A stretch of DNA of 64,000 nt from Chrysomallon squamiferum (lineage: Eukaryota > Animalia > Mollusca). The position numbers and the translations under genes were made by a program. Location: positions 20,646,001 through 20,710,000 of the forward strand of contig CM022677.1 in the NCBI GenBank assembly GCA_012295275.1, in the 5' to 3' direction. The notes under the pieces were generated by a model. It saw only the letters and a program-made list of their open reading frames with translations. It was not told the origin of the DNA and searched no databases. This document shows, in pieces, positions 1 to 56,131 of the stretch (position 1 is its first letter; every line of letters starts with the position of its first letter).

Positions 1-311
1 TAATGATAACAGATAGAACAGAACATAAACTAAAAAGTTAGAACAGAAGACATGTTTCAGTTAAGATTTCTCTGAAAAAAAAATTATAATAAAAAGATAA
101 ATATAAGGCAGACAGACAGACAGAGGAACAGACAGACAGACAAACAGAGGCAATCAGACAGAGGGAGATGCAGATAACTTGAGAATGACAGGTACAGGAG
201 AGACTTCGTGAGAGTCAGAGAAAGATCATGACTCTCACGAATTCCAAGATGATGCAGCTTATACAGTATAATAACAGTTTTTGTATTCCGATTATGTAAG
301 CAATTTATTTT

Positions 312-414
<103 letters not shown>

Positions 415-474
415 CAGTTGAAAAATGTAACGTCATCGGTGACGAATTTAGCAATGAGCTGTGCCTGCTAGCAC

Positions 475-23255
<22,781 letters not shown>

Positions 23256-24415
23256 GGCAAAAGAGATATTTAAAGCTAAATTGTTGACAATCTGTAAGAA
23301 GAAAGAATAAAGTACGATGAGAAATAAAGATGATGATGATGATGATAATAATAATAATAATGATAATAAAAATGAACATGTTTATTATTATGAAGATGAT
23401 GATGATTAGGCGTTCCTAGTTAGCGCTCTGTTTCCAAACCTATTTTCATAAAACAAGAAACGAAGTTTTAGAACTGTTTCAGTGTTTTGGTAAATCTTCT
23501 GATGTAGTACATGAAACAAGTCATAGGTTGGCAGCTTTTCTTTTAATTTTTTGTTTGTGAACGTGTACATTGTCAGGATAATTCAAAGAAAATAGTAAAT
23601 CTGATCAATTATTAATGGTGGAAAAAGAAACAACAACAACAAAGTTCAACACTATTTACGTTTTTTCATGCATTGTTTTTAATCTTTATTATTTATTTAT
23701 CTATTTTATTTTATTTTTTCATTTCTTCTTCTTCTTCCTATTATTATTATTATTAGTAGTAGTAGTAGTACGTTTTTACGGTGTAAAATACATGACACCA
23801 ATATTTATTTTAACAGTATTGTATACTTTGTATTAGAAAATGCATTGTTAAGGAAGATAGAAACAAGTTTTAAACATTATAAATATATATGGATGACACA
23901 TTAAATTAGCATAGTTATTTAAAAAATATATATATATTTATACTAAATCGACAGTGTCACTTTCCGCAATATTTGCTAGACAATTACTTCCACCTTTTTT
24001 CAATGGATTTAAACCAGGTCAACATTTAACTGCGCTCGGTGAATTTGTTAAAGCTAATTTTATGAATTAATTTATGATTTTGTTTTTTTCTGCGGTGTGT
24101 TTTTCTTTTATTTTAGTTAGTTAGTTTATTTAGAAAACATAATAATACTAAATAAACGATTGAGATTACTGTACCTTTCTATAAAGTGTATCATCTGCCT
24201 TTCAAAAGTGGGAGAGTGTCGAAAGCTTTTGACACGGCAAATATCCTTAAATTCTCTCACTCACAGAAACTTCGGAATTAAAACATAGAAGAAATGAAAA
24301 ATTGTAATGTTATTAAGAAATACAAATAAGAAAAACATCAACAAACACGGTTTTATGATAATAAAGAGATTAAAAGTTAAAAATTTCTGTGTTGTAGAAA
24401 TATAAAATGAACAAT

Positions 24416-24495
24416 ACTGCTTACCGGAAACAACTGTTTGGACCGTTTCGTCATTCATACGTCATTCACGAATCATTATGTAAATACGGACGCAT
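24416..24495 (-). promoter_or_regulatory. Probable 5' non-coding exon/promoter block of gene A (donor after 24425)
   Basis: Inverted homologue of 26458-26540; two TGACG motifs followed by gttgtttccg/gtaagcag. Confidence 0.5.
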
Positions 24496-24522
24496 TTAAT
24501 AAACAAACATTTTATAATCTGC

Positions 24523-24561
<39 letters not shown>

Positions 24562-25164
24562 TGTTGTTGTTGCTGTTGTTGCTGCTGTTGCTGTTGCTGT
24601 TGTGGTTGTTGTTGTTGTCATGATTTGTAAAGTGGTGCTTTGATTTATTTATTGTTTTAATAAACATAAATTTATGAAAACTGTTTTGTCCTAGATATAC
24701 AAGTCTAAGCAAAGAGTGCACGGCGTTCCATATATCTGCAAATACAGCCTAAGTCTTGCCATTCGTGTTTTTGGGACCAGGTTGGGGATTTGTGTCTGGA
24801 TGTTACCCACATAACTTGTTACGAGATACGTTGTTACAATCCCTTAAGTCATTTGAATTGAAGTTTAGTAGCCTATTAGGTAATTTCCACTTCATATACA
24901 AATTCTGAAAATTAGGTCAGGTGGGAACACAATGTTTTTTAACCTGAAGGAGTATATGCCAAAACAGAAACAGATGTCTTTAAAGAAAATGACACACGTC
25001 ACTGAAACCTCATTTCCATATTTTTCAAAAGCAAAGTGAAGAAAGTCTAAATAGAGAGTTTTACATGTGTGTATGTAGGTCTGTTTTTTTTTCAGAAAGA
25101 AACTGAATAAAACTAAATAGAGCGCTTCATATTTGTTTATGTAGGAAAGTTTTTTATAAAGAAA

Positions 25165-25197
<33 letters not shown>

Positions 25198-25580
25198 TTT
25201 TTTCAATTTTTTAAAATGCGATAATTATTGTCTTTTCACAAAAAGTATTAAAATCGTGAACAGAAATCAGAGGAAGTTAAATTTATATTTAAGTCTTTAA
25301 AAATATTGTCTTTCTTCTTTATTATTCTTTCTTTCTTATTCTTTCTTTCTTTCTTTATTTCTGTATTTTATATTTATATTTAGCTTTAGTTTTTAATGAC
25401 TATTAATTTTGTACAATTGAAAAATAAATAAATAAATAAATATGTATATACATAAATAAATAAATAAATAAATGAAACCCAAAATGCATATTCTAATACA
25501 ACAAAGAGAATTATGACCTATATCATCATGGTTTTCGTTGATTCCTTGGCACTGTGACCATTATTAGACAGCCACTATTA

Positions 25581-25659
25581 TAGTCGGCGGAACAAAAAAA
25601 AATCCAACAGCCCCCCTCCCTCCAAAAAAAAACACCCCCCCAGGGTAGTTGATATTTAG

Positions 25660-25758
<99 letters not shown>

Positions 25759-26240
25759 ATATTTCTATGTCCATCTATTTATCTATGTACCATGTATCTA
25801 CATACCGTAAATAAATATCTGTCTAAAATATATATACAATATAATTTTCGTTTGCTTGCTTGTTTATAAATTTATATATCTTCTGAGAAAATTTGAAAGA
25901 GTGTATTAAAATAATTTTAACTGGTTTTAAAGCAACCATATCTTCATATTTTATGGTCGCCATCTTTATTTCTTTTTATTTTATAGGGGAAAACATAGCT
26001 GTGTTTGATTCTTTATGCCTGAAAACATATTAAACGATCTTTTATTCATGTTTTTATCTGATCTAGTTACAAAGATATGACGAAATAGATTCAGTGGCGG
26101 CCATCTTGGATTTAGCCTCTTAGCACAAATACACAGTTAGAAGATGCTACCCGGCATTTTCTCAATAAATAAGCCCTAAATATCAGTTATCAACACTTCA
26201 GACTCCAAAACGATCTTCCGCAGTACGTGTGCTAGATTAT
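25581..26240. mobile_element. Possible decayed non-autonomous DNA transposon
   Basis: Begins tagtc, ends gtgctagatta; internal cgccatctt/ggcggccatcttgga motifs resemble those in the 61507-61744 element; TSD not clear. Confidence 0.3.
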
Positions 26241-26457
26241 CACATGTCGCAGAGCTTTTGAAATGAATGAATGTCACAAACCGGTTTGATTTACCATCCT
26301 ATTAGGTAACAAATACAGATATAGTTAATATGTACTAAAAGTCATATATTTAGTATAAGAAAAAAAAATTATTGTTTCGTTGATTGATTTATTTATATAT
26401 TTTATTATATTTTATTTTATTTTATTTAAAAGAAAGCTAACTCTGTTGAAGCCATAA

Positions 26458-26540
26458 CAGGCGTTGTATTTACAGAACGCTGAACTTGAGAATGACGTAA
26501 TAATGACGCAATGGTTCAAAACGTTGTTTCTGGTAAGCAG
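26458..26540 (+). promoter_or_regulatory. Probable 5' non-coding exon/promoter block of gene B (donor after 26532)
   Basis: aatgacgtaataatgacgcaat...gttgtttctg/gtaagcag; conserved with the gene A block; the coding exon has an acceptor (ttacag) ~36 nt upstream of the ATG, which requires an upstream exon. Confidence 0.5.
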
Positions 26541-27459
26541 AATTAATTAGTGAGTTCGATGTTTGTACATTACAGCAAATGTTGATTTGATAATATATTT
26601 ATTATCATAGTATCGCGTTGTCTACAGTTTCTTCTCGTTCTGTTATTAATATTATCATTATTCTTTTATAGTATTCTTTTAGTTTATCATCTGTTTTATG
26701 TTTCTTTTCCAAGGATTCGGTGCGTGACAGAAATCAAGAGTATTTGCAGTAGCACGAGCAGGCGACACTCTCCCACTTGCAGGTGTGTATGAGTCAAAGA
26801 CGATGATAGACAATGGAAAGGTATAGTATTTGTTTTATATATAAGTAAATAATTAAACGAAATCTTTCCGTAGCTGAAATAGTGTTTTCTTCTCTTTCTC
26901 TTTCTGTTAAACATTTTTTTATTATTATTATTATTTATTTTTTTCGGTTATTATCAAGAAAAGTTATGGTCATAAATATTATCATTTTAATCATCTGAAA
27001 TCTGTCTTCTTAAACAATGACAAAAATTAATTAAGTTTTTCATTGAATTTTCGATTTTATTCACGTAATTTTATTCTTAATTTTTGAATAAACTTTGAAT
27101 GTCTAATTCTAATCAAACACGGCGAGCTATTTGATGTTGATATGATTTAACCAGAATGACGAAATCATGCAGGGAAATAATGTATAATCTTTTTAACTTT
27201 TAAGTTATCTACGCTAAGTATATTTATGGAATGCTTACCCATTGATGATGACATTTGCTGTAACAAAGTCCTATAAAAAGAAATGAAAGAAAGAAAGAAA
27301 TATGTGTGCGTGCGTGTATTCGTGTGTATGTTTAAAATGTTAAAATGATGGTGATATTATTTTTAGGGATATTTTCAACATTTTAAATTTCTCTAATTAT
27401 TGTTTTTTTTTTTTGTCTTCTCTTTTGTTTTCTTTCTTCCTACTGCTGTACGTTGTGTG

Positions 27460-27510
<51 letters not shown>

Positions 27511-27606
27511 GTGAGGAACAAGAAACATTTATTAAGGATAAGAGATGACGGCAACCCTTGAAACCGTACGGGTTTTGTCTGTAATCATAATAAAGTAGAA
27601 CTAGTT

Positions 27607-27638
<32 letters not shown>

Positions 27639-28074
27639 CATCATTATAATTATAATAATAATAAATAAATAAATAAATATATAAATAAATAAATTAAATA
27701 AATGAATAAATAAATAAATAAATACATAAATAAATAAATAAATAATAAATAAATTCAAAAATAAATAAACAAATAAATAAACAAATAAATAAATAAATAA
27801 ATAAATTTTAGAAAAAAGTGCATGACAAAATTCGGTCGGTTATTTATTATATACTGTTTTTAACTTTTATTCTGCTGTCTCCTTTTCTGTATATGTTACC
27901 GAAAAATTAACACACACACACGCACATATATACACACATTAAGTAATCATATCCCTATCATCATCATCTTCATCATCATCATCATCATCATCATTACCAT
28001 CATCATTTCTTATTCACCTTTATGCTTTCTTCTTACAGATTGTCAACAATTTAGCTTTATCTGTTTCATATGGC

Positions 28075-47273
<19,199 letters not shown>

Positions 47274-47998
47274 ATTATACTTTGTCTCTTCAGCTGACCA
47301 TTTGTAATGTAAGGTACATGATTTCAGGGAAAATTATTTTACTTTGTCACGTCATGCGACCGTTTATTATTATATAAAGTCAGAGATGAACATTTTACTA
47401 AGTTTGTGCTTGAGATGATTTGTCACAAATGTCTGAGAGCTATTTTTCGCTACAGAATTTACAAGATGTTGTGGCTATTGATACATTTTCTTCTGATTGT
47501 TTCTGTTCAAGACGTTATAAACCAATCTACGTGCATTTTGCATTAGACTTTACTATTATTATCTTTAATCAGCTATGATTATTATTATTAATATTTTTGT
47601 TGTTCTTGTTGTTGTCCTTCTTCATCTTCTTCTTCTTCTTCTTCATCATCTTCTTCTTCTTCTTCTTCTTCTTCTTCTTCTTCTTCTTCTTCTTCTTCTT
47701 CTTCTTCTTGTTGTTCTTATTATTATTATTATTACCAGTGTTGTAGTTCTTAAAGTTCATAAGGGTTATAAATCAGAGGTTCTCATGTTGTTTTTTTTTT
47801 TTTTTTATATTTTACTTTCGGTTGGTGAGTAACTGTTTGTTAATACCATGACATTGCTGTACGATGAGTTAATACATGAGAGAAATATACACGTTGTTTA
47901 ACTGATTAATGAGTAAGTCAAAACAGATAGTTTTTAATAAGGTTTAGGTTTTTTATTTTATTTTTTTTCCTGTGGTTTCATTTGTTTTCTTCACGTAT

Positions 47999-48320
47999 TT
48001 CGGCAATGGCTCAGTGTCACAGTAATTCAGTGACAGAACAGATTTCACGTGCTGTAGGCTGCGATTCAGTGATGTCTCTTTTTACGTCCAGTGTAGGACA
48101 TCTTGTTATTTATTTTAAGCAGCTTATCCAATGCAGAGTTCTATGACTACGACAGCTTTCTCCAAAAAAGTAAATTTTGTGTAGAACTTTAACAGAAATT
48201 ACGCATTGCAATCAGAGGAAATCCAACGTCGTCAATCCAAATAAATCCAAATATCAGATACCGTCATCATATTTACGTGTTTTGGTGTGTTTTTTACGAC
48301 TCAAGTCTTATTTAGATATG
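47999..48320 (+). repeat. Element with a near-identical ~118-bp core, inverted copy at ~57600-57886
   Basis: cggcaatggctcagtgtcacag...aggacatcttgttatttatttt is the reverse complement of 57768-57886; 48970-49110 also matches 57430-57590 inverted. Confidence 0.8.
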
Positions 48321-49696
48321 CTGCACAATGTTGGTTCATTTTCTTTGGAGCTTTTCGTTTTATTTTTTTTTTTTTTTTTTTTTTGTTATTGTTGATTTTT
48401 CTTCCGCTCTGCTGTCACGTTGGTCTCGTTCTCGAGCTACTTGTGCGGCTGGCAGGTCATTCATTATCTGAAACTTTAATTTAGCACCTGATTTGAAGCA
48501 GCGATTTGTTTTTCCCCGAACTTGAAAAAGAAACAAATCGTGCAACGATTTTAATGGAAAAAACGAATGCAATATGCCGGGTAGGTATCTGATTACAGAC
48601 ACAACAACAATAAAAAAAAAATAATAATAATAAAAAAAAAATAATAATAATAATAATAAAAAAAAAAATAATAATAATAATAATAATAATAAAAATCAAA
48701 TTTAAAAATCAAAAATAATTAAAAATAAAAGCAGAATTTTATGGTTAAAGGTTGACAGCCTATTGCAGAGTGAAGAAGGGTGCCTCTTCAGTTGTTTCTG
48801 AGTTCCCACGTGACCTACAGTTGTAAGGAACTGTGATATATTTAGCGTCCAGCAAGGATGTTAATCCTTTTTTCACTGACATTTTTTTCTTTATTTTCTT
48901 TAATTGTTTTTTTTGTTTTTTTTCGTTTTTGCGTTCGCCATTAATGGATTTTGCCTGCGGATTGCCCGTGTTTAATGAGGGTAGCGTAGCACAGTCTGAA
49001 AACCTCTTTTGTAAATAATACTGTTATCATTCTGCAAATTTTGTTCGCAAATAAAACGGTTATATACATTTCGTGAGTTTTGTATTCTGTTCATGACAGA
49101 GTTAGCATTAGACATGCACTCACAAAAACAAATACATACGCTTAAATACATACCTTGACACACAGTAACAAACACACATTCGTAAACACATGCAAACAAA
49201 TTAAAACACATATTACACATACACATACAGAATAACAAACGCCTACACGTACACATTTGGACATGTACATATATACATGCACGCAATGTATATGTTTTAT
49301 ATACACTGACACACATACATACACACAAACAAACACACACACATATACAATACACCCAAAGCAACAGATATAAAACACATTTGGAAACTAAATGAACACA
49401 AAGGTGTTTTCGCGTGTGTGTCTCTCTCTGTCTGTGATCTCATCCTAAACTGATTTCATCCTGAAGTAGTTGTGTATCTTATATAAATACTCAGATACGA
49501 TTAAACATATCCATAAACAGTTATGTACAAAATATTTGTATATCATAGGAGTATGCATGTATCTAGGTGTGTTAACATAATTACTATAATGCACAATGAG
49601 TAACAACGACCAACAGAAATACGGAAAGAATTTATAATGATCTGCGTGATCATTTATTTATCTATCTTCTCGTCTTAGCTTTCTGTCGATAATTCT

Positions 49697-49816
<120 letters not shown>

Positions 49817-50418
49817 ACATTTCTGTTTTTTTCAAAGCGGGAATTTTATTTTTATTTCTGATAAGAAGAATAAAATAAATTAAAATAAATATTTGCATCC
49901 CATACCAGGCCTCTCAAGTAGCAGCTGACGTAAATAACAAATTACGTAATTAAAGAACAAAACAGGACAAAAAAAAAAAATTGAAATCAAAGAAGACGCA
50001 CAACTGTTACGGCTTAAAAAGTAATAATGTCATAATAACAAACTGAAATTTCCAGTTTACCCTGAAACATTTGATTTTTATTTTTATTTATTTATTTATT
50101 ATTATTTTATAACAGAAGTCTCGACAGTGTCACTATTGTAACAGTAGGTAAACCTTATTTTTGTTGTTCGTTTTTATATATATATTTTTTTAACTGTTTT
50201 TATAACGACTTGATTTTCTTATAATTAGCATTTTATTCCGTATACAAACTGATAACAAGGAACGACTACTCTAGAGCCATTCAACCTTTCAGGCAGTGGA
50301 GATTTCGATAGGAGCATCTACAAACACTTACTTCATTAATGTATAATAAACATTTGGGGTGGCTGTGATTACAGAAATATATTAGACTGATGTACAACAA
50401 ATTAACATATTCAGAGGA

Positions 50419-50511
<93 letters not shown>

Positions 50512-50571
50512 TCCATTTGTTTTATTATATTTTATTTGTATTTTTTCCTTTACTTTTTATTTTTGTTGTTG

Positions 50572-50627
<56 letters not shown>

Positions 50628-50683
50628 TTATTCAGGTGCTCAAAATAACGTGAAACTGGATTAATTTGAATTTTAAGAACATT

Positions 50684-52121
50684 ATGGCTATTATTATTTT
50701 GATATTAATATACACCCACTTCATCGTTCTCCGAGTACGTGCTCAGTGTCCTTCACAATGTCGTTGTGACAGTTCCACCTTTCTTTATGAAGTCGTTTGT
50801 CCAGAATCACCAGATTTCTTTCCCGATCTGTCCGTACTGACACAGCAGAGAAAGATTATTCGACTCGTTATACACCTCGATCCTTCCAAGACGTTAACAA
50901 AATCAGATTTCCCGTTCAATTCAACAATAGTTTTTCTTGAAATCAAGTCAAAAAGTAGCCCGTTTCTGGCAAGCGAGGCTTTGATTAGATTGGCACATTC
51001 GTTAGGATATCTGAGTCTTCAAAACGCTGGAATATCTTTTAAGAACAAGATGACTTTCTTAAAAGGACTTACGAAGCTCTATAAGCTTGTGCTGAGCGAG
51101 AACCGGCAGACGGACGGGATTCTGCATCAAGACTGTTTCTCTGACCTAAACCTCACCATTCTGACGGACATACAGCTAGAGGACTGCAACCTGACACACA
51201 TAGAAGGACATCCTTTCTATGATCTGCAGTCACTTCTATTTATAAATCTGCAGTCTAATCAGATAAGAAGAGTGAGTCCAGCTTTCGATTACACGGAAGG
51301 CCTTCGTTATATGGATCTGGGAAACAACAGCATCAAGGTAATCGGAAATGAAGCTTTCAGAGGAGTTGGTAAATTAAGACATTTGATATTAAATGACAAT
51401 CAACATTTAACTTTTGAATCAAACTGTTTGAGCGAACTAAGGACGATCATGGAAGAGCTTGTGCTGCGAAACTGCACACTGGATGATGTACCAACTTGTA
51501 TTCGTAATTTCAACAAGCTAAAAGAACTCGATCTTGCTGACAATCCGCTTACATCTTTCACTAGAGAGTCTCTTGTAGGACAAATGTGTCTGCAAGAACT
51601 TGATGTTAGTGGAACAAAGTTTCCATTGTCAGCAACAATTTTCAGTGCACAAGGAAACTGTTTGAAAACATTATCACTAAACAGGAGAAATTTAATTGTA
51701 ATCCCGATTCAAATTTTTGAAAATTTACCAAATCTTAGAAAGATAAGCTTGAAAAGCAACAAAATAAGAACTGTACCAGCAAACGCTTTCAAGGGCTTTC
51801 CTATAACCCATCTGGACTTATCTGAAAATCCACTGCTTACAATTGATGGGAACTTGTTCAGTAAATTTGGTTTTAATCTTTATATTGGACTAAAGGAAAC
51901 TGCACTGGTAGATGTGGAATTCGTACTTCATTACGAAAGAGACAAATTTCGGAAAATTGACTTGATGGGCACAAACCTTGTTTGCAGCTGTAGTCTGTAT
52001 AAAATAATGCTTGATTTACCTAATGATGTTCTGTATGGACATTGCATGGATGGATACAGAAGAGTCTATCTTTGGACAGAACAGTCGAAATCTTATCTAC
52101 AAAATAAGTACAACTGTGATT
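50684..52121 (+). CDS. Signal peptide + LRRNT + ~14 LRR + LRRCT exon of gene C
   Basis: True ATG at 50684 (MAIIILILIY...), CPSQCRC cap, LRR units, LVCSC cap, same t/gtgagt donor as A and B; collinear with but much diverged from A/B. Confidence 0.92.
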
Positions 52122-53003
52122 GTGAGTATTAAGTAATTGTAGACAATTTGTTAGTTACAACAACACAAATGACTGCTACTACTGCTACTACTACTATAAC
52201 TATTATTATTATTACTACAACTACTGCTGCTACTGAGATTATTATTATTATTGCTGCTACTGCGTATGCTACTACTGTTATTACTGCACCTGATACTTCT
52301 ACTACAACAACTCTACTGCTTGTAGTATTATTAGTTTAATATCATTATTATCGTCATCATCAGCATCGTCAGTACAATTATCATAATCATAATCAAAATT
52401 ACCATGACAATTACGAATAATATGTATCTGTGTTCAACCATCAGTCCATCCGTGCATCCGTACATCCGAATTTCTACCTGCTATCTGTTACATTTTGGTA
52501 CGCAGTATTGATCAATATATACATGTTCTCTTTTTTTCCTAGTTACTAACATTTGGTCGTTATGGCGACGGTCGGACCTTGCTGCGTGTGACAGTAACTG
52601 TATTCGAACAGTGAGGTATGAGCGCACATGTCTGAAAAATAAAACCTGTTTTGGCTTACAAAGAGGAACCCGATCTATGAGATGCTGGGAGTCTTGCTAC
52701 AAGGGTAAGTGAACTGCTTTGTCAGGACTAGAAACTTGAAATTACTGTATTTTTCATTTAAAACTGCAGTATCGTCAACTAACACTGTAAATAACGATTG
52801 TGTCTAGCTGAGTCATAGTATTGTCAACTAACATTGTAAATTACCATTATGTCTAGTTAAGCTGCAGTGCACTAAGCGACGTTGTAAATTATATCAGTTA
52901 CATTACAGCAATGGACTTTGCTTCACACATAAGTTACATCTGTTACGTTGTTGTTGTTGTTGTTCTTCTTCTTCTTCTTTTCATTATTATGATTATGATT
53001 ATG

Positions 53004-53068
<65 letters not shown>

Positions 53069-54023
53069 GATTATTATTATTATTATTACTGTTATTGTTG
53101 TTGCTGTTATTATTATTATTATTTTAATTGTTTCCCAAAAGTTGATGGTGGATGGAGTGGATGGTTTATTAAGAACAGTACAGACTGCTCTGTAACGTGT
53201 GGTTATGGTAAAAGAGAATACGAAACTTTTCGAATATGCACGAACCCTCGACCACAAAACGGAGGAAGAAACTGCGTTGGACAAAGAACAAGACATGCGA
53301 TAGAGCCGTGTATTGAGAGCGTGTGTCCTGGTACGATGCACGATAACCAGGATGGTTGAATGAGACTTACTGATTCTTTCAGTGACACATTTGTATCATT
53401 AATTCTGTTTAATTTTAAACCGGATTCCTTTTCTATCCTTTTTATTTTTTCTTGAGAATGAAAGAATCCTGTTGTCAATAATAATAATAATAATAATTAA
53501 AAAAAAAAAAAAAAATTTAAAAAATAAAAAAATAAAAAAAAATAAATAGAAAAAATACTGATCAATGAAAATATAAAAATAAATAAAGAGATAAATAATT
53601 AATTAAATAAATAAATAAATAAAACGAAAACAAAAATAATAATAATAATAATAAAAAATAAACATACACACAGAGACAGATCTTTACATTTGCATATTTA
53701 TAATAACAATAATTCTATAGATGATCCTGGATGGGCCCGATGGATACAGATTCGTTCATCATCTTGTGGCGTTACTTGTTCAGTCGGTGTCAAAAGTGTA
53801 ACTCTGATTCGAAACTGTCAAGGGACTAACGGAATACGCTGTGATGGGCCCAACGTTAAAACTGCCTTGATCGACTGTAACACGGGCGTTAACTGTCCTG
53901 GTAAGGCTTCTCTGTCTTTACATTTGTTATTCTTATTGTATAGAAATGTATTTGAAACATATCTATGATATTTCATTGAAAAAGGGTTATAAATAACGTT
54001 GTCTTTCACCTAGATAATAATAA

Positions 54024-54120
<97 letters not shown>

Positions 54121-54129
54121 GTATGTATG

Positions 54130-54163
<34 letters not shown>

Positions 54164-54330
54164 TGTGTATATATATCTGCCAGCCAATTAATATTATCTG
54201 ACTGTCTGCACATCTGTCGCTCTCCCTATCTACCTAATTGTACGTCCTTCTGTGTATCTAATTCTGAATGATGCTTTTCATAATAATAGAATCAACAACA
54301 ATATTATCATCACCATCATATTCATCATTG

Positions 54331-54411
<81 letters not shown>

Positions 54412-54839
54412 CATAATAATAATGACTCTCTCTATATATATATATTCTTTTTTCTTTTTTTTTTCTTTTTTTTAATAAAAACGCCAACAAAATAAATGAA
54501 GGAGACTTAGAACCGATAATTGCAAAATCTGGTAAGAAATTCTCACATCAGCTGATTTGTACGAATTAATTGCCTAAAGATAATTCTTTTATTTTATTTC
54601 ATTTCGTTTAAGCCATCAGTAATATATTATAAAGCAGAAGGTAACCTTTAAATCATGTATAAGCTGTTTAAGTGCAGTTAATTAGGAGATTAAACGTAAT
54701 TAACTAATTGAGCAGCTAACAAACCAACAGCTAATTAAATAATTACAATAAAGAAATAAGAACAACATCTACAACAACAACAACAACAACAACAACAATA
54801 ATAATAATAATCATAATAATGATGATAATAATAATAATG

Positions 54840-54882
<43 letters not shown>

Positions 54883-56069
54883 TAATAATAATATATGAGA
54901 ATAGATAAATAAACTGTGTGTTAGTTGTGTATGATACATGTTGTATTGTTATAACTACATAACATCATCATTAATTTCTAGTGGATGGACGATGGTCACC
55001 ATGGGTTCAGTTTGTAGACTACGACTGCTCTGTGACGTGCGGGATGGGTTATCGTATGAATGTGAGACACAGAAAGTGCGCAGATCCGTCTCCAAGATAC
55101 GGCGGGAAATTGTGCGAAGGTTCCGAGAAAGACGTTTCCACTAGAGAGTGTTTTCCTGGACTATTTTGTAGTAGTACGTTTGTTTCCATTTTTATATTAC
55201 TCTACGTTGTATTAGAAGTGTTTACTTTCGTTGATAATTACCCACTTTTAATTGTTGCTGGTCGTTGTATGTCATTAGTTTTTGGACAGCAGTTGATTTC
55301 GAAGCTGAAATTCGCAATGTCGTGTCAGAAGATTATTTATTTTACTTTTATTGGCGTCTTTAATACAGAAAACTTTGATAAAAATGGGTATCCCATTAAC
55401 GTTTTATTGTCTATATTAGTTCACAATCAAAACACAGAAACACACACTTTTTGCGTCTTTAATACAGTCAGTGAAGTTCAGTCCAAAAAAAATAAATAAA
55501 TAAAAATTCTGGATATATTTGTTAATAATAACAATAATAATAATAATAATACTAAAAAAAAATGTTTCTTACGTCTAATACTTAAGTAATTAAATTCGTT
55601 TGTGTTTATGTGTGTGTGTCTGCATATTTATCTCCGTTTGCATGCTTCTATTTATTTATGTATTTTAATTACTTTTATTTATTTATGTATTTTAATTACT
55701 TTTATTTATTCAGATTTAACTGCGGCGCATACAGGCTCAGGGAAAGGTAAGGAAATGATAAAAAAACAACTTTGATAAAAATGAATAAACCAGTGAAAAA
55801 TGATGATAGGAGAAAGAAGAAAATTGAATAAATAAACATTTTATTTTTCTTTTACAGACAAGGAGACATAAAAAAGATAACACATTTCTGGGTAAACAAG
55901 TTTTGCTTTATTATATACAGTCCAATATATAAATTTATTTTGTCTTTATTTTTGATCATCTGTAGGATGTATTAATCTTTTGTGGGCTGTTTTCCTTTTT
56001 ATAGGAACAACATTTCCTGTTCTAGGATAGAAGAGTTTGGTGAATGTATGTGTCGATGTAAACATGTAT

Positions 56070-56131
<62 letters not shown>

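Noticed and set aside
47999-48116. H/ACA snoRNA reading (AGAACA after hairpin 1, ACA near the end)
   Set aside because: The first hairpin is far too short, the ACA falls inside the second stem, and no pseudouridylation pockets are evident; kept only as an unexplained conserved element.
52766-52890. Three degenerate ~45-bp tandem units in a gene C intron
   Set aside because: Ordinary decayed minisatellite with no splice signals or coding pattern.
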